IMG/VR virus record: IMGVR_UViG_2609459822_000013
Location: 1-64,000 of that record
Direction: 5' to 3' (one strand)
Length of the DNA: 64,000 nucleotides
Origin: a virus
Lineage: Duplodnaviria > Heunggongvirae > Uroviricota > Caudoviricetes
Position numbers and translations under genes: made by a program. Shown here one piece after another: positions 16,916 to 25,976 of this stretch (positions are counted from its first letter, which is position 1; every line of letters starts with the position of its first letter). The notes under the pieces are model-generated. The model made no database searches. It had not been told where the DNA came from and saw only the letters and a list, made by a program, of their open reading frames with translations.

Positions 16916-17521
16916 ATGCAAAACCCTAAAAAACCCATAAGACGCCGTTGCAAATGCTGCGGCGTTTTTTTTGAGCCTAAATATCACAATCAAACGTGGT
17001 GCAGCGATGAATGTCTGGAAGAACTGAAGTTTGACCAGCTATGCCGCGACCGTGAGAAGGCTATGAAGGCTATGGAGCGGAAGAAACGCCGTGATAGCCA
17101 GAGGGAAGAACGCAACCGGAAGCGTAAACAGTTAAATCCGCGTAGTTATTGGATCAAACAAGTTCAAAATGTATTTAACGCCTATATTCGCGAACGTGAC
17201 GCGCGCTTGCCGTGTATATCTTGCGGGACTTACTACGGTGAGCAATGCGGGTGGGATGCAGGTCATTACAGGACGGTAGCCGCCGCCGGACACCTTCGCT
17301 TCAACGAGGATAATTGCCATAAGCAATGTAGGCACTGCAACCAGACACTAGACGGCAACATCGGAGGGTATCGCCCGGCGCTGATTCGAAAAATTGGCCT
17401 CGCCAGGGTGGTAGCTCTGGAGAACAACAATGATACGCATAAATGGACGATTGCAGAATGTAAGGAGCTAATAAACATCTATCAGGCTAAATTGGACGCC
17501 TTAAGGAGAAAGGCAGCATGA
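16916..17521 (+). CDS. ninG: NinG (Rap) recombination protein
   Basis: 201 aa from internal ATG; Cys/His-rich NinG-like sequence (CKCCG...CISCGTYYG...HYRTVAAAGHLRFNEDNCHKQCRHCN). Confidence 0.75.
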   Translation: MQNPKKPIRRRCKCCGVFFEPKYHNQTWCSDECLEELKFDQLCRDREKAMKAMERKKRRDSQREERNRKRKQLNPRSYWIKQVQNVFNAYIRERDARLPCISCGTYYGEQCGWDAGHYRTVAAAGHLRFNEDNCHKQCRHCNQTLDGNIGGYRPALIRKIGLARVVALENNNDTHKWTIAECKELINIYQAKLDALRRKAA

Positions 17522-17925
17522 ATGAATATTCTTTTAGCCTGCCTTACCCGCCATCGAATAATCGCTATTACCGACATTCGCGCGGTTTTCACTATATCAG
17601 CAAGGTGGGGAAGGAATACAGGGAACAAGTAAGAGACATCATCGAGCTATTAAATTTAAATATTAACCTACCTTGCCGACTGGCAATTGCCATTTACGCC
17701 GCGCCGCCGGATAACCGGATCAGAGATCTGGATAATATCCCTAAATGCCTTTTTGACAGCCTTACTTATGCCGGATTCTGGAGGGATGACGGGCAAATTG
17801 ACTCAATAAAAATTGTCCGCTGCCGGAAGGTAAAAGGCGGACGCTTGTTTATTAAGATCCGCGAACGCGGCGACCTACTACCGGATATTGACGAATACGC
17901 GACTAATATGTGGGGTGAGCAATGA
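17518..17925 (+). CDS. rusA: RusA Holliday junction resolvase
   Basis: 135 aa; LPYPPSNNRYYRHSRG and catalytic-region pattern typical of RusA. Confidence 0.8.
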   Translation: MNEYSFSLPYPPSNNRYYRHSRGFHYISKVGKEYREQVRDIIELLNLNINLPCRLAIAIYAAPPDNRIRDLDNIPKCLFDSLTYAGFWRDDGQIDSIKIVRCRKVKGGRLFIKIRERGDLLPDIDEYATNMWGEQ

Positions 17926-18104
17926 AAAACGAAGTTAAAGATCTGCAAATAGATATTCAGCGCGACGAGCGTGATTTAGAGACGGTCCGACAAATCCAAG
18001 CTTTCCACATGCGCGAATTACTTGCGCTGAAAGAGTTCGAAAGAAAGCTGGTGCAATCCATTTCTGATCGTAAACGGCTGGCGGCACGTTATGAGGGCAA
18101 ATAA
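17922..18104 (+). CDS. hypothetical coiled-coil protein
   Basis: 60 aa ORF, overlapping starts. Confidence 0.4.
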   Translation: MKNEVKDLQIDIQRDERDLETVRQIQAFHMRELLALKEFERKLVQSISDRKRLAARYEGK

Positions 18105-18832
18105 TGAATTTAGAATCCATTCTAAAATTCCACTTTCCTAAATCACCGCGATTATCTGACGAAAGCCGGGGCACGTCCCCGGACGCTCTTAATACGACGG
18201 ATGCGCTAACCGCTGCGGGTATGGCGCAATCGCGCGTAGAGCTTGGATATAGCGCTTTTTTAGGGAAGATGGAACTATCACAAGCCGAAAAACACAGGGC
18301 CGTAGTTTTGCTTACAGAGCGTTTAAGGGCTATGGCGAAAGATTACGAATACGTGATGGAGTTAAACGAGGATCAGCGCAATGAACTTATTATTCTTGTT
18401 GCCGTTTTCGCGTTTCGGGATTATTGCCAGAGTGCGGCGACCGAAAAAGTTTGCCCTAAGTGCGGCGGCCACGGGCATTTACCAAATCCATATTGCAAAT
18501 ACACATCGACAATTTGTTCGCGGTGCAACGGCAAAGGCTACGTTAAAAACCATTGCCAACGTTGCAAGGGGCGCGGAGAAGTACCGGATAAAGCAGCCAG
18601 TGAAGCGGCGGAAATGCCAGTATTCAAAACGTGCCAGCATTGCGGCGGGCGCGGGTACTCGCGTTTCCCGGTAGATCTCGTCCGGCAGGCCGTTAACCAG
18701 CTTGTTTTCCCGGTAAGCAGATCAACATGGTGGAAGAAATACCGGGTTTTCTATGAAGACGCCATAGCGGAGCTATTCAAAGAAGAGGCCCGCGCGGAAA
18801 GCGAAATTAAACGAGTGACACGGGGTGAATAA
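18104..18832 (+). CDS. putative late antiterminator Q-like zinc-finger protein
   Basis: 242 aa; follows ninG-rusA as Q does in lambdoid phages; repeated CxxCxGxG zinc-binding motifs. Confidence 0.45.
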   Translation: MNLESILKFHFPKSPRLSDESRGTSPDALNTTDALTAAGMAQSRVELGYSAFLGKMELSQAEKHRAVVLLTERLRAMAKDYEYVMELNEDQRNELIILVAVFAFRDYCQSAATEKVCPKCGGHGHLPNPYCKYTSTICSRCNGKGYVKNHCQRCKGRGEVPDKAASEAAEMPVFKTCQHCGGRGYSRFPVDLVRQAVNQLVFPVSRSTWWKKYRVFYEDAIAELFKEEARAESEIKRVTRGE

Positions 18833-19035
18833 TGGACAAGTTAGAAATAAACGATCAGTTTGCCGTTATCTTGTTCGAAGATAAAACGGGCGGCGCGTGG
18901 TGTAAGAAAGTAACTGGTGCAGAAGCGCGATTGATATTGGGTATGGCAAGCGCATTAAACGAAGGCGAATTGCCAGCCGTACCTATTGAGCCTGTTCACA
19001 TTTACGGGAGGAATAGAGAAGATGAAAATAATTAA
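18832..19035 (+). CDS. hypothetical protein
   Basis: 67 aa ORF. Confidence 0.35.
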   Translation: MDKLEINDQFAVILFEDKTGGAWCKKVTGAEARLILGMASALNEGELPAVPIEPVHIYGRNREDENN

Positions 19036-19369
19036 TATCGGGTGGTTATATTGCGAAAACTGCGACGACGACGGCATGGTTGTTAAGACTGAAAAAGGTT
19101 GCGGCTTCTTTTTGTATCAAGGCGATAAGTTTGTTTGTCCGCGATGCGGTGGTCATGGTGAGATAGAAATTATTGAAGATAGTGCTACAGCACCAGAGCC
19201 GGAGCGCATTGTTCTTGACGAAAAAATAAAAATTCATCCTGATTTATTGCAGCAAATTATCGATCACATATCGGCAGCAGCAATCTATGCAGATAATAAT
19301 TATCATCGTGAAATGAACGTAAAACGTGTTCTTGAGCAGTATTTCGAGGGTGGTGATAATGAAGCCTAA
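19022..19369 (+). CDS. hypothetical zinc-ribbon protein
   Basis: CENCDDDG...CPRCGGHG. Confidence 0.4.
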   Translation: MKIINIGWLYCENCDDDGMVVKTEKGCGFFLYQGDKFVCPRCGGHGEIEIIEDSATAPEPERIVLDEKIKIHPDLLQQIIDHISAAAIYADNNYHREMNVKRVLEQYFEGGDNEA

Positions 19370-19628
19370 ATTAAAAGAACATGAATTCAGGGATCTTGTA
19401 AACGGAATAACTGATAAGTCCAGGACTTATTCAAATACACAACAATTAAGGGCTGTGATAGTTACTGAATTAAGGAAATATATAGACCTAAGAGATCCGG
19501 TCGATGTTATGACGATGGACGAGGCCATCAAGCGCCGTTCGGCTGAATGGTCAGTGAGTAATACCGGATTAACCGGATATATTGAAGGCTATAACGACTG
19601 TTTACAGGATCATAGCGATGGCAAGTAA
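19359..19628 (+). CDS. hypothetical protein
   Basis: ORF with overlapping start. Confidence 0.35.
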   Translation: MKPKLKEHEFRDLVNGITDKSRTYSNTQQLRAVIVTELRKYIDLRDPVDVMTMDEAIKRRSAEWSVSNTGLTGYIEGYNDCLQDHSDGK

Positions 19629-19926
19629 AGACCTGCATTTGAATCTGAAAGGGGAATACTTCCACGCCATCCGGGCGGGAAAGAAGGTGGAAGAATACAG
19701 GCTTTACAATGACTATTGGCGTAAACGCCTGGAGGGGCGGGAATATGAACGCCTGATCATTAAGCTGGGGTATCCAGCCAGCCACGAAGCGCACCGGATC
19801 ATAAACCTGCCTTATTTCGGGTACGAAGTAAAAACTATCACGCATCCATTATTCGGCCCTGATCCTGTTAAGGTATTCGCAATTAAATGTGATGTGAATT
19901 GGATGTTAAGGTGGGGTGAGCAATGA
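19618..19926 (+). CDS. hypothetical protein
   Basis: 102 aa ORF. Confidence 0.4.
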   Translation: MASKDLHLNLKGEYFHAIRAGKKVEEYRLYNDYWRKRLEGREYERLIIKLGYPASHEAHRIINLPYFGYEVKTITHPLFGPDPVKVFAIKCDVNWMLRWGEQ

Positions 19927-20138
19927 AAAAAGCTGGCCTGTCAATCAGTCGTGTGTTGTGCGGCGACGAAAGCGAGATCCGCATAGAAATTAAATTTAGC
20001 ACGGGTAAAGAGATAATTCTCTATACGACACCTGAAAACCTGACGCTGGCGCTTACTGGTAAATCTGAAACGCCGTGCGACGTCCGGTTGCGCAATATTG
20101 AGATTAAGGAAATAGGAAGGGTGAGAAATGAAAAGTAA
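19923..20138 (+). CDS. hypothetical protein
   Basis: 71 aa ORF. Confidence 0.35.
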   Translation: MKKAGLSISRVLCGDESEIRIEIKFSTGKEIILYTTPENLTLALTGKSETPCDVRLRNIEIKEIGRVRNEK

Positions 20139-20340
20139 CCGTAAACGCCTGGTAAGGTCATATGACAAAGCGTTAAAGGTTTTTGATGATCTGCGACACA
20201 ATAAACGCCAGCGCCGCAAATGGGCGCGAATGCTTGTTGGTGAATGGCATAACGAAGATTTCTTTCTGGAAGCGCGGCACATGACGCAAGAAGACGCGGA
20301 CCAATTAGCTTACGATAACGTTTATTATATGATGTGGTGA
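20128..20340 (+). CDS. hypothetical basic protein
   Basis: 70 aa ORF. Confidence 0.35.
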   Translation: MKSNRKRLVRSYDKALKVFDDLRHNKRQRRKWARMLVGEWHNEDFFLEARHMTQEDADQLAYDNVYYMMW

Positions 20341-20344
20341 CAAT

Positions 20345-20710
20345 ATGCAAATAATCCTTGATTACCTTTGCCACGCTGCAAATACAATTTTTGGCATGTA
20401 TCAGCAACAATTCCTCAAAGAATGGGACGACATGCTGAATGATATCCTCGATAAAGGATTAATAATGGAGGTTGACGAGCTTACAATCAAATTTAATTAT
20501 GAGGGTGAAATTTATCTAATTTGGGTCGGGAATAGATGGTATTCATACGGTCATATTTATTCAATTGGCGATAAATACATTAAACGAAGCCAGGAATTCA
20601 GACCGCGCTTCCGAACAATGCGCCGCCTGCATGATCTGCATATGAAGTTATTCGAAGATCAGGAAGCACGGGAATTATTCAAAATTTACGGGGATAAATC
20701 ATGGAGCTAA
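20345..20710 (+). CDS. hypothetical protein
   Basis: 121 aa ORF. Confidence 0.45.
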   Translation: MQIILDYLCHAANTIFGMYQQQFLKEWDDMLNDILDKGLIMEVDELTIKFNYEGEIYLIWVGNRWYSYGHIYSIGDKYIKRSQEFRPRFRTMRRLHDLHMKLFEDQEARELFKIYGDKSWS

Positions 20711-20931
20711 AAATCTGGCAGGCTATCGACGTGGTTGATAACGAATTATCTATGTTTGCCACTGACGGAAAGCGCGTGGTGATCGCCACATGGACGCGCA
20801 ACCATGATGATATTACTTTTCGTCGCAAGGCTGCGGAGTGGCTTTTCTCTGATAAAGGCTACACGATGAATATCTCCCAGCTTGCCAGAATGAAGGATGA
20901 AAAGCTGGTAGATAGTTACACGACTGCATAG
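20701..20931 (+). CDS. hypothetical protein
   Basis: 76 aa ORF. Confidence 0.4.
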   Translation: MELKIWQAIDVVDNELSMFATDGKRVVIATWTRNHDDITFRRKAAEWLFSDKGYTMNISQLARMKDEKLVDSYTTA

Positions 20932-20941
20932 TGGGGCAAAT

Positions 20942-21175
20942 ATGTGTATCTATGAACACAAGCGGGATAAAACCCGCTTTTTTGTTCGTGCTGGCGTTGC
21001 ATACCAGTATCACGAATGCGGATACATTGAGGCGCTTGCTTACGATCTGGATTTCGAGCAGGAAAAAGAATGGTTCGATTTCAAAATATACCGCAAGCGT
21101 AAACCAACGCGCTACGAGCGCCACGCTATCCGGGACTTTTTAATCAGCATTGAGCGCTGGAGGACAGAAGAATGA
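20942..21175 (+). CDS. hypothetical protein
   Basis: 77 aa ORF. Confidence 0.4.
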   Translation: MCIYEHKRDKTRFFVRAGVAYQYHECGYIEALAYDLDFEQEKEWFDFKIYRKRKPTRYERHAIRDFLISIERWRTEE

Positions 21176-21450
21176 GAACAAAGAAAACAGCAGATCAGAA
21201 AGCGTTAGTTATCGCTACAACGGACGTATCGTTATTCACGAAGGGTGAAGAGATAGATCTTAAATTGCTTTTTGGAATGTTTGAGCCACACGAAAAGCCG
21301 TGGTTCGTACATGAAGATAAACAAGGCAATATGCGCGTAGTAGTGCCTGACAGTAAAAGCGATATATTTTTTGGTATTCCAGATCCGTTACATGACGGTG
21401 AGATGTTGGCGGTGTTGTTGATCTCTGATGCTGTTACTTATAAGGGGTAA
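21172..21450 (+). CDS. hypothetical protein
   Basis: 92 aa ORF. Confidence 0.45.
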   Translation: MRTKKTADQKALVIATTDVSLFTKGEEIDLKLLFGMFEPHEKPWFVHEDKQGNMRVVVPDSKSDIFFGIPDPLHDGEMLAVLLISDAVTYKG

Positions 21451-21452
21451 AG

Positions 21453-21680
21453 ATGAAAGTCAAATTCTTGCACGATCACGGTTATCCGTCATTGAAACAG
21501 GTTGTTGGTAAGGTCGTTAATGTCGTTCATAGCGATGATGTCACTTGCATGATTAACGGTGCTGATTTAATCGCCGCTGGCGCTGATGATCATTACATCA
21601 ATCCGGCGTGGTCGTATACGTTCAGCCTGGGTGACTTCGTTGGCGACAAGGGGCGCGGGCTGCAAGTGGTCGAGGGTTAA
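21453..21680 (+). CDS. hypothetical protein
   Basis: 75 aa ORF. Confidence 0.4.
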   Translation: MKVKFLHDHGYPSLKQVVGKVVNVVHSDDVTCMINGADLIAAGADDHYINPAWSYTFSLGDFVGDKGRGLQVVEG

Positions 21681-21684
21681 TATC

Positions 21685-21933
21685 ATGGACGTTTACGAAG
21701 ATCTATACCTTCAGACGAATACCCACACTTTTTATTTTTTGAAAAACGGCGTTGTATATCGCAGCGACGACGGGATGGTAATGAAGGAGTGGTTATTTAA
21801 GCGTAAAGACCTACTCGACGATCTGGTTTTTGCCGGGATATTTCGTAAACGTCCGGCTAACCTGGAAGAAGAAATGTTGATTGAGGTAATTAAAAATGAA
21901 AATCAGGGTAAGTTATTTCCGGGCGAAAGATAA
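21685..21933 (+). CDS. hypothetical protein
   Basis: start at ATG after GAGGG RBS. Confidence 0.4.
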   Translation: MDVYEDLYLQTNTHTFYFLKNGVVYRSDDGMVMKEWLFKRKDLLDDLVFAGIFRKRPANLEEEMLIEVIKNENQGKLFPGER

Positions 21934-22147
21934 GGCAACAGGAAAGCAGATGGCGATCCTGGTTAACGAGGCCAATTATATGTTTGTACTTCAGCCGTGG
22001 TGCATAGCTGACTATAACGATGATTATCGTCGTCACGGTGCGCGGAGTGCGGTAGGCATGAAAGGCTGGCAACCGCGCGACATGGAAAACTATTGTGAAT
22101 GGAAATTAGTAGCAAAATACACTGTCGATTATAAAGGTGTTTTCTGA
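21896..22147 (+). CDS. hypothetical protein
   Basis: 83 aa ORF. Confidence 0.4.
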   Translation: MKIRVSYFRAKDKATGKQMAILVNEANYMFVLQPWCIADYNDDYRRHGARSAVGMKGWQPRDMENYCEWKLVAKYTVDYKGVF

Positions 22148-22219
22148 TTAATGTTACTTTCACGGAAGATATGCGAACCAGTGGGGCAAATGACCCCATC
22201 AAGCCAGAAGGGTTTAATC

Positions 22220-22519
22220 ATGAAAAGCGATAAATTCATTGCGTGCTGTTTTGTTGAAGTGCCTAAAGGTGATGCCTTCTGCGATTATGAATTTAAAGAC
22301 AGTTGGGGAAAATCTCATGTTGTAGTTGGGAAGCGCGGAGACTGGTTATACATAACAGACGACGACATGATTTTTACTGCAAACCAGTTATTCAAAATTA
22401 AGTCAGAAAATAGTGAAACGCCACTTTGCAGCATGTTTAACATGCATTATCACTCACTATTATTGTTAAAACAAGATGTTATAAATAAAGCGCGTAGCTT
22501 ACCTGGTGCTGAATTTTAA
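22220..22519 (+). CDS. hypothetical protein
   Basis: 99 aa ORF. Confidence 0.4.
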   Translation: MKSDKFIACCFVEVPKGDAFCDYEFKDSWGKSHVVVGKRGDWLYITDDDMIFTANQLFKIKSENSETPLCSMFNMHYHSLLLLKQDVINKARSLPGAEF

Positions 22520-22542
22520 TTTATTACTAAGGAGAATAAGCA

Positions 22543-22866
22543 ATGTACAAATTTATCAGCGTTAAAGTTTTTCGTGGCACTTTACCGAGCAAGGAAACAT
22601 TAGGGCAATTCGCCGGACAACCTGGCGCATGTTTCCGTGTAGCCACTGAAGACGACGCGCACGTTAAATGCTTCCATGTAACTGAACCGCCTTTTAATGC
22701 AGACCATCTTGAAGACCTGAATAGAATTAAAAGCCTTATTTTTGCTTATCTGGCGTTCCCTGGAATGGGTGATACTGATGTTGAATTGCTTGGTGCTGAA
22801 CTGTTTGCGGAATACAAAATGACTGAAGGTGTAACAGGGGGAATTGACATTGAGCGCATTAAGTAA
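22543..22866 (+). CDS. hypothetical protein
   Basis: 107 aa ORF. Confidence 0.45.
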   Translation: MYKFISVKVFRGTLPSKETLGQFAGQPGACFRVATEDDAHVKCFHVTEPPFNADHLEDLNRIKSLIFAYLAFPGMGDTDVELLGAELFAEYKMTEGVTGGIDIERIK

Positions 22867-23104
22867 GCTATACAAGATCAGGTGTAAAGGCGAATACCCT
22901 GGCTTTACTACTGGATGCGAATACCTGGGCCATATTGGGTATGGATCTTTCGGTGAATTAGGGATGAATACGCTTGACGACGACGGCGACAGCAGGACGC
23001 TTGATCTTGATTCTGATGATTTCGAATACATCCCGCCAGTGACTTCCCGCGTAGTTGATGAGTTCCTGGCTGAACATGAAGATGATGAGGATGATTATGA
23101 TTGA
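22844..23104 (+). CDS. hypothetical acidic protein
   Basis: 86 aa, Asp/Glu-rich C-terminus. Confidence 0.4.
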   Translation: MTLSALSKLYKIRCKGEYPGFTTGCEYLGHIGYGSFGELGMNTLDDDGDSRTLDLDSDDFEYIPPVTSRVVDEFLAEHEDDEDDYD

Positions 23105-23291
23105 ATGCCTTATTGCTGTGATTGTTTTGCTTTATATCGCTGGCGCGATCCTGATGTCATGTTTTATTAAGTATAGCGGCGCTGAACCTGGTGGCCTTGA
23201 GATTCCTTTATGGCCTGTAGTGATGTTTCTCGCTTTCTTTGATGCTACGGTAGTGCAGATCAAGCGAGCTATTAAGGAGCGCAAGAAATGA
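23097..23291 (+). CDS. small membrane protein
   Basis: two hydrophobic segments. Confidence 0.35.
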   Translation: MIECLIAVIVLLYIAGAILMSCFIKYSGAEPGGLEIPLWPVVMFLAFFDATVVQIKRAIKERKK

Positions 23292-23470
23292 TTGAAGACG
23301 GTATCTATGGTGTAAACCTGATGGAGAACGTTTTTTACATGGTGGACGGCGATACTGTAACAATCAGCTTCGATGGTGGGGAATATGCAGAGCCATTCTT
23401 CAAAACAACAAGGGAAGACATTAAGCACGGCGTTGATAACGGCGTACTGTTTAAGGTTGGCGAGTTATGA
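23288..23470 (+). CDS. hypothetical protein
   Basis: 60 aa ORF. Confidence 0.35.
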   Translation: MIEDGIYGVNLMENVFYMVDGDTVTISFDGGEYAEPFFKTTREDIKHGVDNGVLFKVGEL

Positions 23471-23665
23471 ACGAGATCGAAGACGGTATCTATTTGCACA
23501 TGTTATTTAATATCGCCTATTTGGTTAAAGGTGATAAGGTGATGACACAAAGCGCTGGCAATAAATATTGGGAATCAAGCGGAATGGATCGGTGGCATAT
23601 GCAGATGTTGCTTGATAATGGCCTGATATACAGGAAGCAGTAAAGCCGTATTTGTGGGGGGCAGT

Positions 23666-23893
23666 ATGGAAGAAATGATTTTGCTGTCATTAATATGGCA
23701 TCGGTTCGGGAGTGAAAAAGGTTACTCGCCTGCTTGCTGGCTGGATAGTAAAAGTGGGAAGGGGGATCAAAACGAATGCGAATTTAGAAGGGAGTGGCGA
23801 GGCGGTAAGGAAGTGCAAGGATATTTTGCACCGAAACACGTCGCCGCCAAATACAAAGAATGGCTTGTTCGTTTGCTTGGCCCTTATCGTTAA
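23666..23893 (+). CDS. hypothetical protein flanked by 18 bp direct repeats
   Basis: 75 aa ORF; TAAAGCCGTATTTGTGGG at 23643-23660 and 23893-23910. Confidence 0.4.
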   Translation: MEEMILLSLIWHRFGSEKGYSPACWLDSKSGKGDQNECEFRREWRGGKEVQGYFAPKHVAAKYKEWLVRLLGPYR

Positions 23894-23958
23894 AGCCGTA
23901 TTTGTGGGTCGAAAACAAACAGATTAAAATATTACCTAACAATGCGAAACTGTAACTA

Positions 23959-23982
23959 CCCGGCCCCGTGCCGGGTTTTTGC
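23959..23982 (+). terminator. tR-prime-like intrinsic terminator upstream of lysis genes
   Basis: hairpin CCCGGC-CCCGT-GCCGGG followed by TTTTT. Confidence 0.55.
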
Positions 23983-24000
23983 TTTGTTGGAGGTAAATCT

Positions 24001-24201
24001 ATGTTCGACAGAATACGGGAGGCATGTGCGTATGTGACTGGGGCCGTAACTGCTTTTTTCGGCGCGATAACCATCAATGATATTGCCGTCTTTGTGGGTA
24101 TCTTATCAACCGTAGGCACATTTGCCGTTAATTATTACTTCAAATCGCAGGAGAACAAGCGAGCGCAAGAGGAACACGACGCGCGAATGGGGAATAAGTA
24201 A
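24001..24201 (+). CDS. holin (pinholin-like, class II)
   Basis: 66 aa; GGAGG RBS; two TM segments and charged C-terminus; directly precedes endolysin. Confidence 0.7.
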   Translation: MFDRIREACAYVTGAVTAFFGAITINDIAVFVGILSTVGTFAVNYYFKSQENKRAQEEHDARMGNK

Positions 24202-24202
24202 C

Positions 24203-24694
24203 ATGATTAGCCAATCGCTGAAAAATAAGATTATTGCGGCGGCGGCTGGTGGGGCGATCGCTATTGCGGGGATGATGATAAAAGATCTTGAAGGCGTTGA
24301 GTATAAGCCGTACAGAGATGTCATCGGTGTTTACACGATATGTTATGGACACGTCGGAAAAGACATCATGCTTGGGAAGACTTACACGCAATCAGAATGC
24401 GATGCTTTGTTAAATAAAGATCTACACAAGACCGCAAAAGCGATTGACCCATATATCAAAGTCGAAATATCAGATTTTACCCGCGCTGCACTTTATTCCT
24501 TCGCCTATAACGTAGGCGCAACCAACTTCAAAACATCAACCTTATTAAAACTACTCAATGACGGCAAGAAATCAGAAGCGTGCGCACAGCTTAAGCGCTG
24601 GGTATACGCTGGCGGTAAGAAGTGGCAAGGCCTGGTAAACCGCCGCGAGGTTGAATATGCCGTTTGCGAATGGGGGGAAACGTGGACAAGGTGA
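24203..24694 (+). CDS. SAR endolysin (T4-lysozyme-like, GH24)
   Basis: N-terminal weakly hydrophobic signal-anchor [17 protein letters not shown]; lysozyme core pattern (E...D...Y.C..GH.TIG). Confidence 0.8.
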   Translation: MISQSLKNKIIAAAAGGAIAIAGMMIKDLEGVEYKPYRDVIGVYTICYGHVGKDIMLGKTYTQSECDALLNKDLHKTAKAIDPYIKVEISDFTRAALYSFAYNVGATNFKTSTLLKLLNDGKKSEACAQLKRWVYAGGKKWQGLVNRREVEYAVCEWGETWTR

Positions 24695-25152
24695 AGGCGT
24701 TAATTATCGCCGCTGTTGTTTGCATTATTGCCGGACTGACCGCCGTAACATGTTATTACCAGGGTGAGGCGGCAAGGTTACAGGAAGAAGTCACGGTAAC
24801 GAAAGGCGCACTGAAAACGGCAAGTAACACTATTCAGCAGATGAAGGAGCGAAACGCCGAACTGTCAAAACTTGATAAGAGGTATCACGATGAGATTAAA
24901 GCTATCAGATCTGACATTGCCGATCTGCGCACTGGCATTGATAACGGTACTATCCGGTTGCGCGTCAACGCAATACCCGTGCGAGTGTCCGACCCCGCCG
25001 CGACCGCCAGCCGCATTGATGGAGCCACCTGCGAGCTTGATGCCACTGCTAGACAATCTTATCTATCCCTCAGAGAACAACTAAAAGAGAAAGACGCACA
25101 GATCACTGGCCTACAGGACTACATCAAAACTCAGTGTTTACGCAAAGAATAG
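24664..25152 (+). CDS. Rz-like i-spanin
   Basis: N-terminal TM followed by coiled-coil; immediately after endolysin; start codon uncertain. Confidence 0.65.
   Translation: MRMGGNVDKVKALIIAAVVCIIAGLTAVTCYYQGEAARLQEEVTVTKGALKTASNTIQQMKERNAELSKLDKRYHDEIKAIRSDIADLRTGIDNGTIRLRVNAIPVRVSDPAATASRIDGATCELDATARQSYLSLREQLKEKDAQITGLQDYIKTQCLRKE
24890..25084 (+). CDS. Rz1-like o-spanin lipoprotein embedded in Rz (+1 frame)
   Basis: signal peptide with lipobox LSGC, Pro-rich mature part; fully nested in Rz. Confidence 0.65.
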   Translation: MRLKLSDLTLPICALALITVLSGCASTQYPCECPTPPRPPAALMEPPASLMPLLDNLIYPSENN

Positions 25153-25431
25153 CAGCGCGTTGACGTGTCGCCGTTTCTGTCAGCCAGCCATAACCGGGCC
25201 AATCCTTCCCGCGAGCGACGGCGGAATAGTCAAAAACACGTAATACCGGATCAACAGTCCCATTAACAGGTCAGGCGCTACCTGGGTAGAAGAAAGCGCC
25301 ATTCACCAATTTTATAAAATTCTGGAAACGGTACTGATGAAGCGCCGTTTTCAGTGTTTTATAACTGTTTTCACTCCCTGCGGTGTCGAGTTTTGCGGGG
25401 GTTATATTTTTCAGAATAGGAGATTATTCTG

Positions 25432-25974
25432 ATGGCTAAGGCTAAAGGCATTAAATTGCCTCAATTTAAGATCCCACTCTTTGAGCATACAACCGTTTTT
25501 TTTTGCCCGACCCGCGAGATGTTCTATGAATTTTGCGAAAAGGCAGGAATTCCGATTGAACCTGATTTCGAGTTGGCTGGAGGATTAACGCTTACTTGCA
25601 CTGGCGAGAATGGTGGTAACTTCTACGTGATCGCAGTATTCAACAATGAGTTGGGAACGCTGGTCCATGAATGCGCCCACACTACATTCCACGTTTTAAG
25701 TGATGTAGGCGTCGTGGCTACCACGGATCCTACCCATCCGGCGAATGAGACTTACGCTTACATGGTAGGCCGTATCTTCGATGCGTTTTTCCCTATCCTA
25801 GCAGAATCAAACGAAGCACAGGTTGCAGCAATGCAGGCGGCAGAAGTCGTCGATCAGGCGCTGGAACAGGCAGAACAGCCGAAGGAAGAAGAAAAGCCAG
25901 CGAAGAAAGGTAAACGTAAGCCTAAGCAAAAAGATGCGTTAGTCCAGCGTGTAATGAGCTTTAAACGAGGCTGA
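25432..25974 (+). CDS. hypothetical protein with HExxH motif (possible zinc metallopeptidase) and basic C-terminal tail
   Basis: 180 aa; VHECAHTTFH; C-terminus KKGKRKPKQK. Confidence 0.5.
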   Translation: MAKAKGIKLPQFKIPLFEHTTVFFCPTREMFYEFCEKAGIPIEPDFELAGGLTLTCTGENGGNFYVIAVFNNELGTLVHECAHTTFHVLSDVGVVATTDPTHPANETYAYMVGRIFDAFFPILAESNEAQVAAMQAAEVVDQALEQAEQPKEEEKPAKKGKRKPKQKDALVQRVMSFKRG

Positions 25975-25976
25975 TT

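Noticed and set aside
23470-23960. tRNA genes between the Q-like region and the lysis cassette (common in lambdoid phages)
   Set aside because: No cloverleaf-compatible segment or T-loop consensus (GGTTCGAATCC-like) seen by eye; not called. A covariance-model scan would be needed to exclude this formally.
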